Assembly (NCBI GenBank): GCA_027064045.1
Contig: JAMOQK010000080.1
Location: 4,330 to 68,329 of the forward strand
Reading direction: 5' to 3'
Length of the DNA stretch: 64,000 nt
Source: Sulfurimonas sp.
Lineage (GTDB): Bacteria; Campylobacterota; Campylobacteria; Campylobacterales; Sulfurimonadaceae
In this document: positions 22,760 to 32,756 of the stretch, piece by piece
Position numbering within the stretch: the stretch's first letter is position 1
Layout of the letters: every line of letters begins with the position of its first letter
Made by a program: the position numbers and the translations under genes
Notes under the pieces: model-generated
The model's database searches: none
What the model was told of the DNA's origin: nothing
What the model saw: the letters and a program-made list of their open reading frames with translations, nothing else

Positions 22760-22792
22760 GTTGTGATTATACAAAAACTTTACTTGATTTTT

Positions 22793-23929
22793 TTATAAAT
22801 TCTTCGTTATTTCGATACAACTTTGTATAGATGTTTTATCTGATATAACATACTCTACATCTTTTGGTAAAGCTTTTGCTGTTGTTTTTCCTATGACAAT
22901 AACCTTGGCATGTGGACTTATGGTATGATTTTTCAAAAAACATTTCACACTAGATGGTGAAGTAAAGATTAAAATAGCATCTTCTTTAACTTCCACATTC
23001 CAAATAGCTTTTGAACATCCACTCTCATAAACAACAATTTCATCAACATCATAGCCATCATTTTGGCATGTGGATACAAAATCACTAGCTACAACTTTGG
23101 CTCTTAGATAAAGCCATTTGGTAGTTTTTGGATAACTTTTTATCTTATCTACAAGATTATCCCCATAACCACCACCAATATCTAAAATATTGCCACCCAA
23201 CTCTTCATAACTTTTCGCACTTGCAACTGAAACACATAAGCTTGGCATGTGGATATAGTCATTTTTATCATACTGTTTTAAAGCCTCACTTGTTTGTTTT
23301 GAAGTGATGATAAGATAATCATATTTAAAAAAATCAATATTTGGTTTAAAAAAAGTTATATCTAGTGAATTTACACTTATGGCATGTGGATGTGCAGATA
23401 TGGAAAAAAGGTATATTGGTTTTGAAGTAAATATTTGGTATAATTGCTCTATCATTTCCAGATGACGCCAGAAAGTCGCCCTCGCTGGACTCAGGATGGG
23501 AGAAATGGGCGCCTCCCCATCTGGATTTGTATATAACAGTTGTGCTTTTTTCAAAAATCTTTTCAACTCATTTTTTCTAAGCAGGTATATACTTATTAAA
23601 AAACCATCGTCATCCAAAACATGGGAAATTTTTCTACCATCATTATCATCAATCATATAAATAAATCGTTTACTTTTTGTATCAAAATATTTAGTTTGAT
23701 AGTATTTAAATATAAAAGGTAAAAGTTTATAATAATTTATATCTATCTCACCATGTCCTCTTAACTCTTTTATGTAGCCCCGTTGTTTTGCAAATAAAAA
23801 CTCCGTTATATATATCTTTTTTTCACCTATACTTGAGATTGCATATTTTGTAGTTTTATCGTATTTGTCTTTTTGTGGAAGGTTTAAAAGGTAATTTATA
23901 TTTTTTTTATAAAGTGGGTAGTTTTGCAA
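22793..23929 (-). CDS. hemD: uroporphyrinogen-III synthase (C-terminal ~210 aa) fused in frame to an extra ~165 aa N-terminal domain
   Basis: The C-terminal part has YLIITSKQ, YLRAKVVAS, VVYE, IFTSPSSV and IGKTTA (HemD). The N-terminal part is unrelated to HemD; see findings. Confidence 0.8.
   Translation of the reverse strand: MQNYPLYKKNINYLLNLPQKDKYDKTTKYAISSIGEKKIYITEFLFAKQRGYIKELRGHGEIDINYYKLLPFIFKYYQTKYFDTKSKRFIYMIDDNDGRKISHVLDDDGFLISIYLLRKNELKRFLKKAQLLYTNPDGEAPISPILSPARATFWRHLEMIEQLYQIFTSKPIYLFSISAHPHAISVNSLDITFFKPNIDFFKYDYLIITSKQTSEALKQYDKNDYIHMPSLCVSVASAKSYEELGGNILDIGGGYGDNLVDKIKSYPKTTKWLYLRAKVVASDFVSTCQNDGYDVDEIVVYESGCSKAIWNVEVKEDAILIFTSPSSVKCFLKNHTISPHAKVIVIGKTTAKALPKDVEYVISDKTSIQSCIEITKNL
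23436..23444 (+). promoter_or_regulatory. antisense extended -10 promoter (TGgTATAAT) inside the hemD fusion ORF
   Basis: Perfect TGnTATAAT, with TTGGTT 17 nt upstream (23416-23421), pointing into the GC-rich structured segment. Confidence 0.55.
23451..23533 (+). ncRNA. candidate structured small RNA (three-way junction with kissing loops)
   Basis: P1 TCCAGATG 23457-64 / CATCTGGA 23518-25; P2 CCAG/CTGG; P3 GGGAG/CTCCC; loop CGCCC is complementary to loop GGGCG. Confidence 0.45.
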
Positions 23930-23932
23930 AAA

Positions 23933-25480
23933 CTACTCCCACTCAATAGTTGCTGGTGGTTTTGAAGATATATCGTAAACTACACGATTTATCCCATCAA
24001 CTTCATTTATAATTCTTCTGCTGATTCTCTCTAATAGTTCATGTGGAAGATGAGCAAATGTAGCAGTCATTCCGTCAACTGCTTCAACAACTCTAACACA
24101 AACCGTGTTATCATAAGTACGGTTATCACCCATAACGCCAACAGATTTTACATTTAAAAGCACTGCAAATGCCTGCCATGTTTTCGCATAATATCCACTT
24201 GCTTTTAACTCATCTAGTAAAATAACATCAGCCTCACGAAGAAGATTTAGATCTGGTACATTCACATCACCCATAATACGAATAGCAAGTCCGGGTCCAG
24301 GGAATGGATGACGGTTTATCATATCTGATGGTAAACCAAGTTCTAAACCTATTTTTCTAACTTCATCTTTAAAAAGTTCTCTCAAAGGTTCAATCAACTC
24401 AAAGTCCATCCAGTCAGGAAGCCCACCAACATTATGATGAGATTTTATAACTTCACTAGGTCCATTTACGCTTATAGATTCTATGACATCAGGGTAGAGT
24501 GTACCTTGAGCTAAAAACTTAATCCCATCATGTTTTTTAGCCTCTTTTTCAAACTCTTCTATAAAAGTATGTCCTATGATTTTTCGTTTTTGCTCTGGGT
24601 CTGAAACACCTGCTAATTTATCTAAAAAACTATCAACAGCATCAACAGTAATCAAAGGTGCTTTTAAGTTGATTTTAAAAACTTCTTCAACCTGTTGTCT
24701 TTCCCCTTTTCTCAAAAGTCCATTATCAACAAAAACAGGTATGAGTTGATCGCCTATTGCTTCATAAAGCATAGCCGCAACAACGGAACTGTCAACTCCA
24801 CCACTTAAACCACAAAGAACTTTAGCATCACCAACTTTCTCACGAATCATTTTAATTTGTTCTTTTAAGAAATGTTCCATTTTCCATTTCTCAGTTACTC
24901 CACAAATATTTTTTGCAAAGTTTCTAAGCATCAAATAGCCCTCTTCAGAATGTTGAACTTCTGGATGAAACTGCATAGCATAAATATTTTTTTCCTCATT
25001 TGCAATAGCAGCATAAGGGGAATTAGCACTTGTAGCGATAGGCTTAAAATCCTTTGGAAGCTTATCAACTTTATCACTATGGCTCATCCAAACAACTCTT
25101 CTGCTCTCGCAATCTTTAAGGAGTGGTGAGCAATGTTCTGGCTCAACTATCTCTAACTCTGCTTTACCATATTCATGATGATCGCTTCGTATAACACTAC
25201 CACCAAAATCAACAGCAATTCTTTGCATACCATAACAGATACCAAGAATAGGCAAACCTAAATCATACACGCCCTTATCCACTTCGTAAGCATCTTCATT
25301 GTAAACAGAAGATGGACCACCACTTAAAATAATCCCTTTTGGATTTTTTGCTTTTATATCTTCAACAGAAGTATGGTAAGGTAAAATCTCGCAATAAATT
25401 TTATCTTCGCGAAGACGACGGGCTATAAGTTGGGTATATTGAGAACCAAAATCTAAAACTATGATACTAACATTTGTCAT
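23933..25480 (-). CDS. guaA: GMP synthase (glutamine-hydrolysing)
   Basis: [37 protein letters not shown] and [10 protein letters not shown] motifs. Confidence 0.98.
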   Translation of the reverse strand: MTNVSIIVLDFGSQYTQLIARRLREDKIYCEILPYHTSVEDIKAKNPKGIILSGGPSSVYNEDAYEVDKGVYDLGLPILGICYGMQRIAVDFGGSVIRSDHHEYGKAELEIVEPEHCSPLLKDCESRRVVWMSHSDKVDKLPKDFKPIATSANSPYAAIANEEKNIYAMQFHPEVQHSEEGYLMLRNFAKNICGVTEKWKMEHFLKEQIKMIREKVGDAKVLCGLSGGVDSSVVAAMLYEAIGDQLIPVFVDNGLLRKGERQQVEEVFKINLKAPLITVDAVDSFLDKLAGVSDPEQKRKIIGHTFIEEFEKEAKKHDGIKFLAQGTLYPDVIESISVNGPSEVIKSHHNVGGLPDWMDFELIEPLRELFKDEVRKIGLELGLPSDMINRHPFPGPGLAIRIMGDVNVPDLNLLREADVILLDELKASGYYAKTWQAFAVLLNVKSVGVMGDNRTYDNTVCVRVVEAVDGMTATFAHLPHELLERISRRIINEVDGINRVVYDISSKPPATIEWE

Positions 25481-25575
25481 GGAGAAAAGCCTTTGAAAAA
25501 TAGAATAATTAATAACGAAAGGATACTATAAAAAAGATTAATATTTGATTTATTAAGATTTAAAATTAGCACTAC

Positions 25576-25601
25576 GGAAGTACGGTTTTAACCGTACTTC
25601 C
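25576..25601. repeat. REP-like palindrome, copy 2
   Basis: GGAAGTACGGTT-TT-AACCGTACTTCC between the nhaD end and the guaA promoter region. Confidence 0.8.
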
Positions 25602-25640
25602 AAGACTAAAAGTCATGCTTCTAATGGGGGGAGGTAGAGG

Positions 25641-26948
25641 TTAGTAAAGTCCCATTATCTCAAATTGAACATACCAAATAGCTATAGATACAATATAACC
25701 TACTAAAATTGTCCAAGAATGTTTCATATGACTTCCAAAAGTATATATACCTTTAAGACGCCCCATAACACCTACACCAGCAGCAGAACCAAAAGATATA
25801 AGACTACCACCAACACCAGCGGTCATAGTCACTAACATCCATTGATCAATTCCCATAGATGGAGATGATTTTAAAATTGCACTCATAACAGGAACATTAT
25901 CTACAATAGATGATAAAAATCCAACACCAATATTTGCAGCAGTTGATCCAATTATGCCATATAAATTATGTATATAGTGTAAGAAGCCTAAAAAGTGCAA
26001 TGCACCAACAGCTGAAAGGATACCAAAGAAGAAAAGGAGCGTATCATTTTCAACTTTTTGCATATTTATATAGATATTAAAACTGTTTGCTCCAGATTTT
26101 TTAAGATGAACAGAATAAAGTTTTAAAACAGCTAAACCAAACATCATACCCCACATAGCTGGGAAATGGAAAAACTGATGTCCTAAAACTGCTGTAACGA
26201 TAGTGGCTACACCAAGATAAACAACACCCATTCCACCATCTTGAAGTTTGGGTTGTTTTTCAGTTGAAGCATCAAAAGGCGGTTGACCATTTGGAACAGA
26301 TTTAGAAAGTAAAAAAGCTGTTATCCACCAACCAATTACTGAAGCAGGAAACAGATATAAAAAGTCCACAAACTCACCTTTACCAGCTGTCCAAGCCATC
26401 AAAGTTGTAATGTCACCAAAAGGACTCCAAGCACCACCGGCATTTGCAGCTACAACTATGTTGATAGCTCCAGGTACAAGAAAATTCATATTTTTCTTAT
26501 CTATTGTAAAAAGTACAGTAGAAAGTATCAAAGCTGTTGTCAAGTTATCTGCAACAGGTGAGATAAAAAATGCTAAAAGACCTGTTAACCAAAAAAGTTT
26601 TTTATAAGTATAACCTTTTGAAACAAGTTTAAACTTCATCAAATCAAAAACACCCCTTTCTATGAGTGTTTCTATATATGTCATAGCAACAAGTAAGAAA
26701 AAGAATATCTCTGCTATTTCTAGTATCAAAGCTTCTAATTCATGATGTAATCCCATAGGATCCATGCCATTTACAGCATAATATATACCGATAAGCATAA
26801 ACATAAATGTACCTGCAAAAAGTGCTGGTTTAGCTTTGTTTACCTCATATCTTTCCTCTGTGGCAATAAAGTAATATGCTATTACAAATACAGCCAGACT
26901 TAGCCATCCCACCCATGTTGTGGCTAGATTTATCGCTTCATGTTCCAT
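25641..26948 (-). CDS. nhaD: Na+/H+ antiporter, NhaD family
   Basis: SPVADNLTTAL, AANAGGAWSPFGDITTLM, VDNVP and GSAAGV motifs. Confidence 0.9.
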   Translation of the reverse strand: MEHEAINLATTWVGWLSLAVFVIAYYFIATEERYEVNKAKPALFAGTFMFMLIGIYYAVNGMDPMGLHHELEALILEIAEIFFFLLVAMTYIETLIERGVFDLMKFKLVSKGYTYKKLFWLTGLLAFFISPVADNLTTALILSTVLFTIDKKNMNFLVPGAINIVVAANAGGAWSPFGDITTLMAWTAGKGEFVDFLYLFPASVIGWWITAFLLSKSVPNGQPPFDASTEKQPKLQDGGMGVVYLGVATIVTAVLGHQFFHFPAMWGMMFGLAVLKLYSVHLKKSGANSFNIYINMQKVENDTLLFFFGILSAVGALHFLGFLHYIHNLYGIIGSTAANIGVGFLSSIVDNVPVMSAILKSSPSMGIDQWMLVTMTAGVGGSLISFGSAAGVGVMGRLKGIYTFGSHMKHSWTILVGYIVSIAIWYVQFEIMGLY

Positions 26949-26950
26949 TG

Positions 26951-28399
26951 TTAATCTTCCTTAAGTATAGTATGTACCCCAACCGATTCATCTCTAGCCA
27001 AAGCTGAGAGAACAATCTCTTTTGCAGTAAGTAATCTAAATTTCAACAGTTTACCAATTTTTTCATTTAAAAGTACATTAATTTGTTCTAAAGCACCATT
27101 TAATGAGCTTTTTGTTCTAACTATTGAAGCATTTTCCCACATAATCCGTCGAAGCTGGTTCTTTTTTGATTTATCCTCTTTTAAACTCATCACCTCATCA
27201 TCCACTTGAAACTCTATAAAGTCTTTTTGATTTGGATTGTTTAATATATCTTCAACAGCTTTTGAAGCAAATACCAAAGCTTCTAAAAGAGAATTGGATG
27301 CTAATCTATTTGCACCATGAACTTTTGTTGATGCAACCTCGCCAACAGCATATAGATTTTTAACAGATGGAACTCTACCGTTTAAATCACTTTTAATCCC
27401 ACCAATAGCATAATGAAAGGCTGGTGATATAGGTACTCTTTGAGATGGTACATCAAACCCAAAATCTTTTAAATTTTTATAAATATTTGGAAATCTTGAT
27501 GCAAAATAATCTGCTTCAAAATTTGAGAAAGAGAGATAAATTTGCATTCCTGTTTTTTTACAATAATCATAGATAGATTTACTAACTATATCACGAGAAG
27601 CCAATTCTCCTCTTTCATCATAATCAAACAAAAATCTTCTACCATTTTCATCTTCAAGAGTTGCACCTTCACCTCTTAAAGCTTCTGTGAGTAACATTTT
27701 TTGAGCATAGTTACTATCTACAAAAACAGTTGGATGAAATTGCATCATCTCCATTCTCTCTAACTCTATCCCTTTCATTATACAAAGTCCCTGCATATCA
27801 GCGCTTATACATGGTGCATTTGTATGAAATTCAAATAAAGACCCAACTCCACCACTAGCGATAATGACATTTTTAGCATATATGTTTCTGCTTTGTCTAT
27901 GATCAAGCACAGTTACTCCATAACATTGCCCATCTTTTATGAGCAGGTCAACCACTCTAGCATTACCGAGCATGGCATGTGGATTTTGCTGTAATAAAAA
28001 ATGGTGCAGATACCTTCCAGTTGCATCACCACCAGCATGGAGTATCCTTTTACAAGAGTGAGCAGCTTCTTTTGTATAAAGAAGGTTTCCATCTTTATCA
28101 CTATCAAATTTAAATCCGAGTTCTATAATTTCATCTATAATTGCTCTTGAATTTTTACTTAAAATATCAACTGCTTTTTTATCGCAAAGTCCATCACCTG
28201 CATTTAGAGTGTCTTTTATATGCAAAGGTATATCATCCTTATCTCGTGCGAGAGCTACACCACCTTGAGCATAAAAACTATTGCATTTAAAAGTTTCTCT
28301 CTTGTTTATGATTAAAACTTTTTTATCTTTTGGTATGTGCATAGCTGCAAAAAGTCCTGCTACCCCTGCACCGATTATTATCACATCATATTGCATCAT
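26951..28399 (-). CDS. nadB: L-aspartate oxidase
   Basis: GAGVAG, YAQGG, EAAHS, QFHPT, EALRGEG and HGANRLASNSLLE motifs. Confidence 0.92.
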   Translation of the reverse strand: MMQYDVIIIGAGVAGLFAAMHIPKDKKVLIINKRETFKCNSFYAQGGVALARDKDDIPLHIKDTLNAGDGLCDKKAVDILSKNSRAIIDEIIELGFKFDSDKDGNLLYTKEAAHSCKRILHAGGDATGRYLHHFLLQQNPHAMLGNARVVDLLIKDGQCYGVTVLDHRQSRNIYAKNVIIASGGVGSLFEFHTNAPCISADMQGLCIMKGIELERMEMMQFHPTVFVDSNYAQKMLLTEALRGEGATLEDENGRRFLFDYDERGELASRDIVSKSIYDYCKKTGMQIYLSFSNFEADYFASRFPNIYKNLKDFGFDVPSQRVPISPAFHYAIGGIKSDLNGRVPSVKNLYAVGEVASTKVHGANRLASNSLLEALVFASKAVEDILNNPNQKDFIEFQVDDEVMSLKEDKSKKNQLRRIMWENASIVRTKSSLNGALEQINVLLNEKIGKLLKFRLLTAKEIVLSALARDESVGVHTILKED

Positions 28400-28582
28400 T
28401 TACCTACTTGTGTTGTTGTCTTTTAATATAAACTTAACATTTTCATCACTCTTTGGTGTCTCTTTTTTGTAAAATGGTGCAGCTTTATATCCACACCCAC
28501 TTAACACTAATAAAAACGATGTTATAATAAGCAGATGAAAAATGCTTCTCAGATTATTAATTCTATCCAAAATAAACCTCAA
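28400..28582 (-). CDS. small lipoprotein (start uncertain)
   Basis: Hydrophobic stretch followed by lipobox LSG-C-GYKAAPFY; its stop codon abuts the nadB start. Confidence 0.6.
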   Translation of the reverse strand: MRFILDRINNLRSIFHLLIITSFLLVLSGCGYKAAPFYKKETPKSDENVKFILKDNNTSR

Positions 28583-28978
28583 TTTTCTAAATTATCTAAG
28601 TATAGCTGTATAAACAAAATAAAGTCAATCTTTACACCTGCTTTACAAAGGATGATAAAGTTTGGCTACTTTAAGGGAGACATACTTTTTTTTGTACTAA
28701 ATCATCCAGCTGCCAAACAAGAGTTTGATAATAATATACAAAGTATTAAAAGTGCTTTAAATTTCCACATGCCACAAGAATGTGAAAAAAATAACATTAA
28801 GGATATAAAAGCATTCGTAACACATACTCCACTAAAAAAGAAAACTCCCAAAAAAACAATTAAACTAGTTTACAAAGAAAGAGCAAAAGGTAATTTTACC
28901 ATAGATATAAAAAATGAAAAACTAAATACCCTTGTAAAAAGCATACAAAATATAATAAAAGCAAAACATGACACTTGA
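28535..28978 (+). CDS. hypothetical protein, possibly DUF721/DciA-like
   Basis: [14 protein letters not shown] resembles the DciA KH-like core; translationally coupled to uvrC. Confidence 0.5.
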   Translation: MKNASQIINSIQNKPQFSKLSKYSCINKIKSIFTPALQRMIKFGYFKGDILFFVLNHPAAKQEFDNNIQSIKSALNFHMPQECEKNNIKDIKAFVTHTPLKKKTPKKTIKLVYKERAKGNFTIDIKNEKLNTLVKSIQNIIKAKHDT

Positions 28979-30770
28979 ACAAACTATAAAACAACTTCCA
29001 CATGCCGCAGGGATATACCAATATTTTGACAAAAACGGACAACTACTTTACATTGGTAAAGCAAAAAACTTATCAAACAGAGTAAAAAGTTATTTTAATT
29101 TTACACCAAAACTAAAAGCCAATTCAACTCTATCAAGCAGAATAACAAAGATGATAGAACAAACTGTATCTATGAACTATATAGTTGTAAAAAATGAACA
29201 TGACGCACTTATCTTAGAAAACTCACTCATAAAACAATTAAATCCAAAATACAATATTTTACTTCGTGATGATAAAACATACCCATACATATATATAGAT
29301 TACACACAATCATATCCAAGAGTTGAGATAACAAGAAAAATCATAAAAAGTTCAGATATAAAATATTTTGGTCCATTCTCTGTCGGAGCAAGGGAGATTT
29401 TAAACTCTATATATGAAATTTGCAAACTTGTACAAAAAAAAGGTTCTTTAAAATCAAAAAAAATCTGTCTTTATTATCAGATAGGCAAATGTTTGGCTCC
29501 ATGTGAAAAAAATATCCCACATGCCATATATCAAAAAGAGATAGATTTGGCTGTATCTCTTATACAAAACAAAAAACAGCTTATAAAAAAGCTCCAAGAA
29601 AAAATGGAATTTTATGCCGAAGATTTACGATTTGAGGAGGCAATGGAGTTAAGGGAGAGAATCCAAAAGATAAGTCGTTCTGAAATAAAAAGTGAGATAG
29701 ATTTTGCAAGTGATGAAAACTACGATATTTTTGCCATAAAAAACTCTAAAAACAGGGCTGTAGTTGTAAGAATATTTATGAGAAGTGGAAAAATCATTTC
29801 ATCAAGTCACGATTTTATACAACTAAATGAAGGGTATGACAATGATGAAACTTATGAAAGAGTTTTACTAGATTTTTACAAAGATGAAAAGCCACCCATT
29901 ATAGCACCTATCCTTCTAGCATCAAACTTTGAAAACATGGAGATAGTAGCAACATATTTAAGCAAAATTTTTGAGAAAAAAGCTCAACTGCTTCATCCAC
30001 AAAGGGGAGGTAAAAAACATCTCGTAGAATTGGCTTTGTTAAATGCCGATGAACTTCTAAAAAAAGATAAAACAGATGAATCACTGCAGCTTTTAGATGA
30101 TATAAAAGAGTTGTTTACATTGCAAAGATTACCAAAAAGAGTTGAATGTTTTGATAACTCTCACATGGCAGGGGTTGCAACTGTTGGGGCGATGATAGTC
30201 TATGAAGATAAAAAATTTGATAAAAAAAGTTATAGAACATATCACCTTGAAGCAAAAGATGAGTATGCACAAATGAGGGAAACTTTAACAAGACGAGTGG
30301 AGAGTTTTTCTAAAAATTCTCCACCAGATTTATGGGTGATAGATGGTGGGTCAACTCTTTTAAAACTTGCTATTGAGATTGTTAATGCTAATGGTGTTTT
30401 TGTAGATGTTATCGCCATTTCAAAAGAGAAAATAGATGCTAAAAGCCACAGAGCAAAAGGCAAAGCACACGATATCATACACACTCAGAATGAAAGCTTT
30501 AACCTAAAGCCAAGTGATAAAAGACTTCAATGGGTACAAAACTTAAGGGATGAGGCACACAGGAGTGCTATATCTTTTCATAAAAAAACAAAATTAAAAC
30601 TAGACAAAGAGAGTAAATTATTGAGTTTAAAAGGCATTTCAAATGCAAAAATAAAAAAATTACTAAATCATTTTGGAACTTTTACATCGTTGAAAAGTTT
30701 AAGTATAGAAGAAATTAGTTCAGTTTTAAACACAAAAGATGCAAATATAATTAAAAAAATATATAAATAA
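28968..30770 (+). CDS. uvrC: excinuclease ABC subunit C
   Basis: GIY...[40 protein letters not shown] and RDEAHR motifs; C-terminal HhH. Confidence 0.97.
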   Translation: MTLEQTIKQLPHAAGIYQYFDKNGQLLYIGKAKNLSNRVKSYFNFTPKLKANSTLSSRITKMIEQTVSMNYIVVKNEHDALILENSLIKQLNPKYNILLRDDKTYPYIYIDYTQSYPRVEITRKIIKSSDIKYFGPFSVGAREILNSIYEICKLVQKKGSLKSKKICLYYQIGKCLAPCEKNIPHAIYQKEIDLAVSLIQNKKQLIKKLQEKMEFYAEDLRFEEAMELRERIQKISRSEIKSEIDFASDENYDIFAIKNSKNRAVVVRIFMRSGKIISSSHDFIQLNEGYDNDETYERVLLDFYKDEKPPIIAPILLASNFENMEIVATYLSKIFEKKAQLLHPQRGGKKHLVELALLNADELLKKDKTDESLQLLDDIKELFTLQRLPKRVECFDNSHMAGVATVGAMIVYEDKKFDKKSYRTYHLEAKDEYAQMRETLTRRVESFSKNSPPDLWVIDGGSTLLKLAIEIVNANGVFVDVIAISKEKIDAKSHRAKGKAHDIIHTQNESFNLKPSDKRLQWVQNLRDEAHRSAISFHKKTKLKLDKESKLLSLKGISNAKIKKLLNHFGTFTSLKSLSIEEISSVLNTKDANIIKKIYK

Positions 30771-30837
30771 GTTTTCTTTTTACTCCTTTATGATATATTA
30801 ATGAAAATTGTAGTTACTTTATAATAAGGTTTTTTTA

Positions 30838-31248
30838 ATGAGTAGTATAGTAGATGATGAGTACATCTTTGAAGGTAGAGTTATTATAAGCCAAACCGAT
30901 GTAGAGGGTGTCATAACTTTTGTAAATAGACAATTTTGTGATGTTTCTGGCTATACAGCCCAAGAGCTTATTGGCAAACCACACAACATAGTTAGACATC
31001 CAGATATGCCTACTGCCAAATTTGCGCAGATGTGGAAAACAATAAAATCAGGTCAGGCTTGGAATGGTTTAATAAAAAATTTGAGAAAAGATGGCATGTA
31101 TTATTGGGTTGAAATTGAGATTTTACCTATAAAAGATGACAGAGATGAGATAACAGGTTTTATTTCAGCTGGAAAAGTTGCCTCAAGAACAAATGTTCAA
31201 GAGAATGTAGATCTCTATAGAAAAATGATAGAAACAGAGGGGAATTAA
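30838..31248 (+). CDS. stand-alone PAS domain protein (Aer/CetB-like)
   Basis: SQTDVEGVITFVN, GKPHNIVRHPDMP and KNLRKDGMYYWV match the Aer-type PAS domain. Confidence 0.85.
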   Translation: MSSIVDDEYIFEGRVIISQTDVEGVITFVNRQFCDVSGYTAQELIGKPHNIVRHPDMPTAKFAQMWKTIKSGQAWNGLIKNLRKDGMYYWVEIEILPIKDDRDEITGFISAGKVASRTNVQENVDLYRKMIETEGN

Positions 31249-32747
31249 TGTTAATTTATAATTTTCAAAAAGAGTTTTTAGGGATTGATGAGAGTGATTT
31301 AAGGAAGATGGGATTCCAAAATTTATCTCAGCTTCGTGCAGAGGCAGCTGATTTTGCTGATTTATTTGTTAAAACACCTGGATTTATACATAACTTTAAA
31401 CATGTTCATTGGATTGATTTTGTTGAATGCGCTCAAAGTGATGATAGTTCAAATGTAATTATACATGCAAATGATAAGAATTTTAGATGTACAATAGAGA
31501 TAAAAACTACATTTTTAGTAGATGCTCCATCGCAAAAAGCTTATCTTGTATATTTAAACAATTTTCGAGAACTTTCAAAAGCAGAGAGTGACCAAGTTGC
31601 AAATGATATATATGAAAAACCAGCTCCCCAAGTAGCAAATCAACAAACACAAAAACTACAAACACAAAAATCTTCACATCAGTTTGATATAACATCCCAA
31701 ACTTCACAAGAGGTCTGTCAAACACAAGAAATACAAGATATGTATGATACTTTTGAGGAGGAGCAGTCTAGTCAACCTGTAGATACATTAGATACTCCAT
31801 CAATGTCTTATGTTAATGAAGATGCCCCTATTGAGTTGGATATGGAAGAAACTCAAGAACAAAAAGAAGCACCAGTAGTCCAAGCAGTTCCAGCAACTAA
31901 AGAAGATTCTTTTGATAATAGTTATGTTTATGATCCAAATGTTGCATCTGAAGAACTAGGATTACCACTTGATTTGATTGAAGAGTTTATTGAAGATTTT
32001 ATAGCTCAGGCAAAGGATTTCAAAGAACAGCTATATACTGCATATAATAATGCAGATGAAGATCAGATAAAAACTTTATCACACAAACTTAAAGGTGTCG
32101 CTGCAAATTTACGAATAGAAGATGCGTTTGAAGTACTCTCTATTATAAATACTTCTACTAATCATGATGAGATAGGGATGAATTTAGACAAATTTTATAA
32201 AATAGTTGCTAAATTATCTCATGAAGACATGGTTTTGCAAAAAGTTCCAGAAACTACAGAAACTACAGAAACCCCAGAGTTTCAAGAGACAAAAGAGTTT
32301 AAAGATGATGATGATTTTACAATAAGCTTTAAAGATGATGATGACTTTACTGATGATAAACCATTAGAAGTAGAGACACTACCAGAAGTTGAAATACCAT
32401 CAGAAATCGAAACACCAATAGAGGTTGATAATAGTTATCAAAAATCATATGATAAAAAGGCAGTAGCAAATGAGATTGGCATAGATTTTGAAAGTTTTAA
32501 TGAACTATTTGATGATTTTATTGCAGAAAGTAAGCTTATCATTAAAGATATAAAATCTTCCATAGATGAGAAAAATATCGAACTGTGGAGAAAAAGTGTA
32601 TTAAAACTAAAAGGTATGAGTTCTAATATGAGAGTAGATGTTTTAAAAGATGATTTAGAGACTCTTTTAAAAACTAATGATGTAAATGTAGCAAAAGGGG
32701 CAGTGAATAAACTTCAAACCTCTTTAGAAAAAATTTCAAATTTATAG
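31248..32747 (+). CDS. Hpt domain-containing protein with acidic linkers
   Basis: LSHKLKGVAANL Hpt motif; a second copy, VLKLKGMSSNM, lacks the His. Confidence 0.75.
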   Translation: MLIYNFQKEFLGIDESDLRKMGFQNLSQLRAEAADFADLFVKTPGFIHNFKHVHWIDFVECAQSDDSSNVIIHANDKNFRCTIEIKTTFLVDAPSQKAYLVYLNNFRELSKAESDQVANDIYEKPAPQVANQQTQKLQTQKSSHQFDITSQTSQEVCQTQEIQDMYDTFEEEQSSQPVDTLDTPSMSYVNEDAPIELDMEETQEQKEAPVVQAVPATKEDSFDNSYVYDPNVASEELGLPLDLIEEFIEDFIAQAKDFKEQLYTAYNNADEDQIKTLSHKLKGVAANLRIEDAFEVLSIINTSTNHDEIGMNLDKFYKIVAKLSHEDMVLQKVPETTETTETPEFQETKEFKDDDDFTISFKDDDDFTDDKPLEVETLPEVEIPSEIETPIEVDNSYQKSYDKKAVANEIGIDFESFNELFDDFIAESKLIIKDIKSSIDEKNIELWRKSVLKLKGMSSNMRVDVLKDDLETLLKTNDVNVAKGAVNKLQTSLEKISNL

Positions 32748-32756
32748 GGTTTAAAC

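Noticed and set aside
22906-23389. Regularly spaced 10-mers as a CRISPR or iteron array
   Set aside because: The repeat is only 10 bp, spacing is irregular (158, 179, 137 bp), the copies lie in an intact hemD frame and there are no cas or rep genes.
25621-25640. G-rich tract GGGGGGAGGTAGAGG after nhaD as a phase-variable or G-quadruplex element
   Set aside because: The run is only G6, lies outside any coding region or obvious promoter, and could form at most a weak two-tetrad structure.
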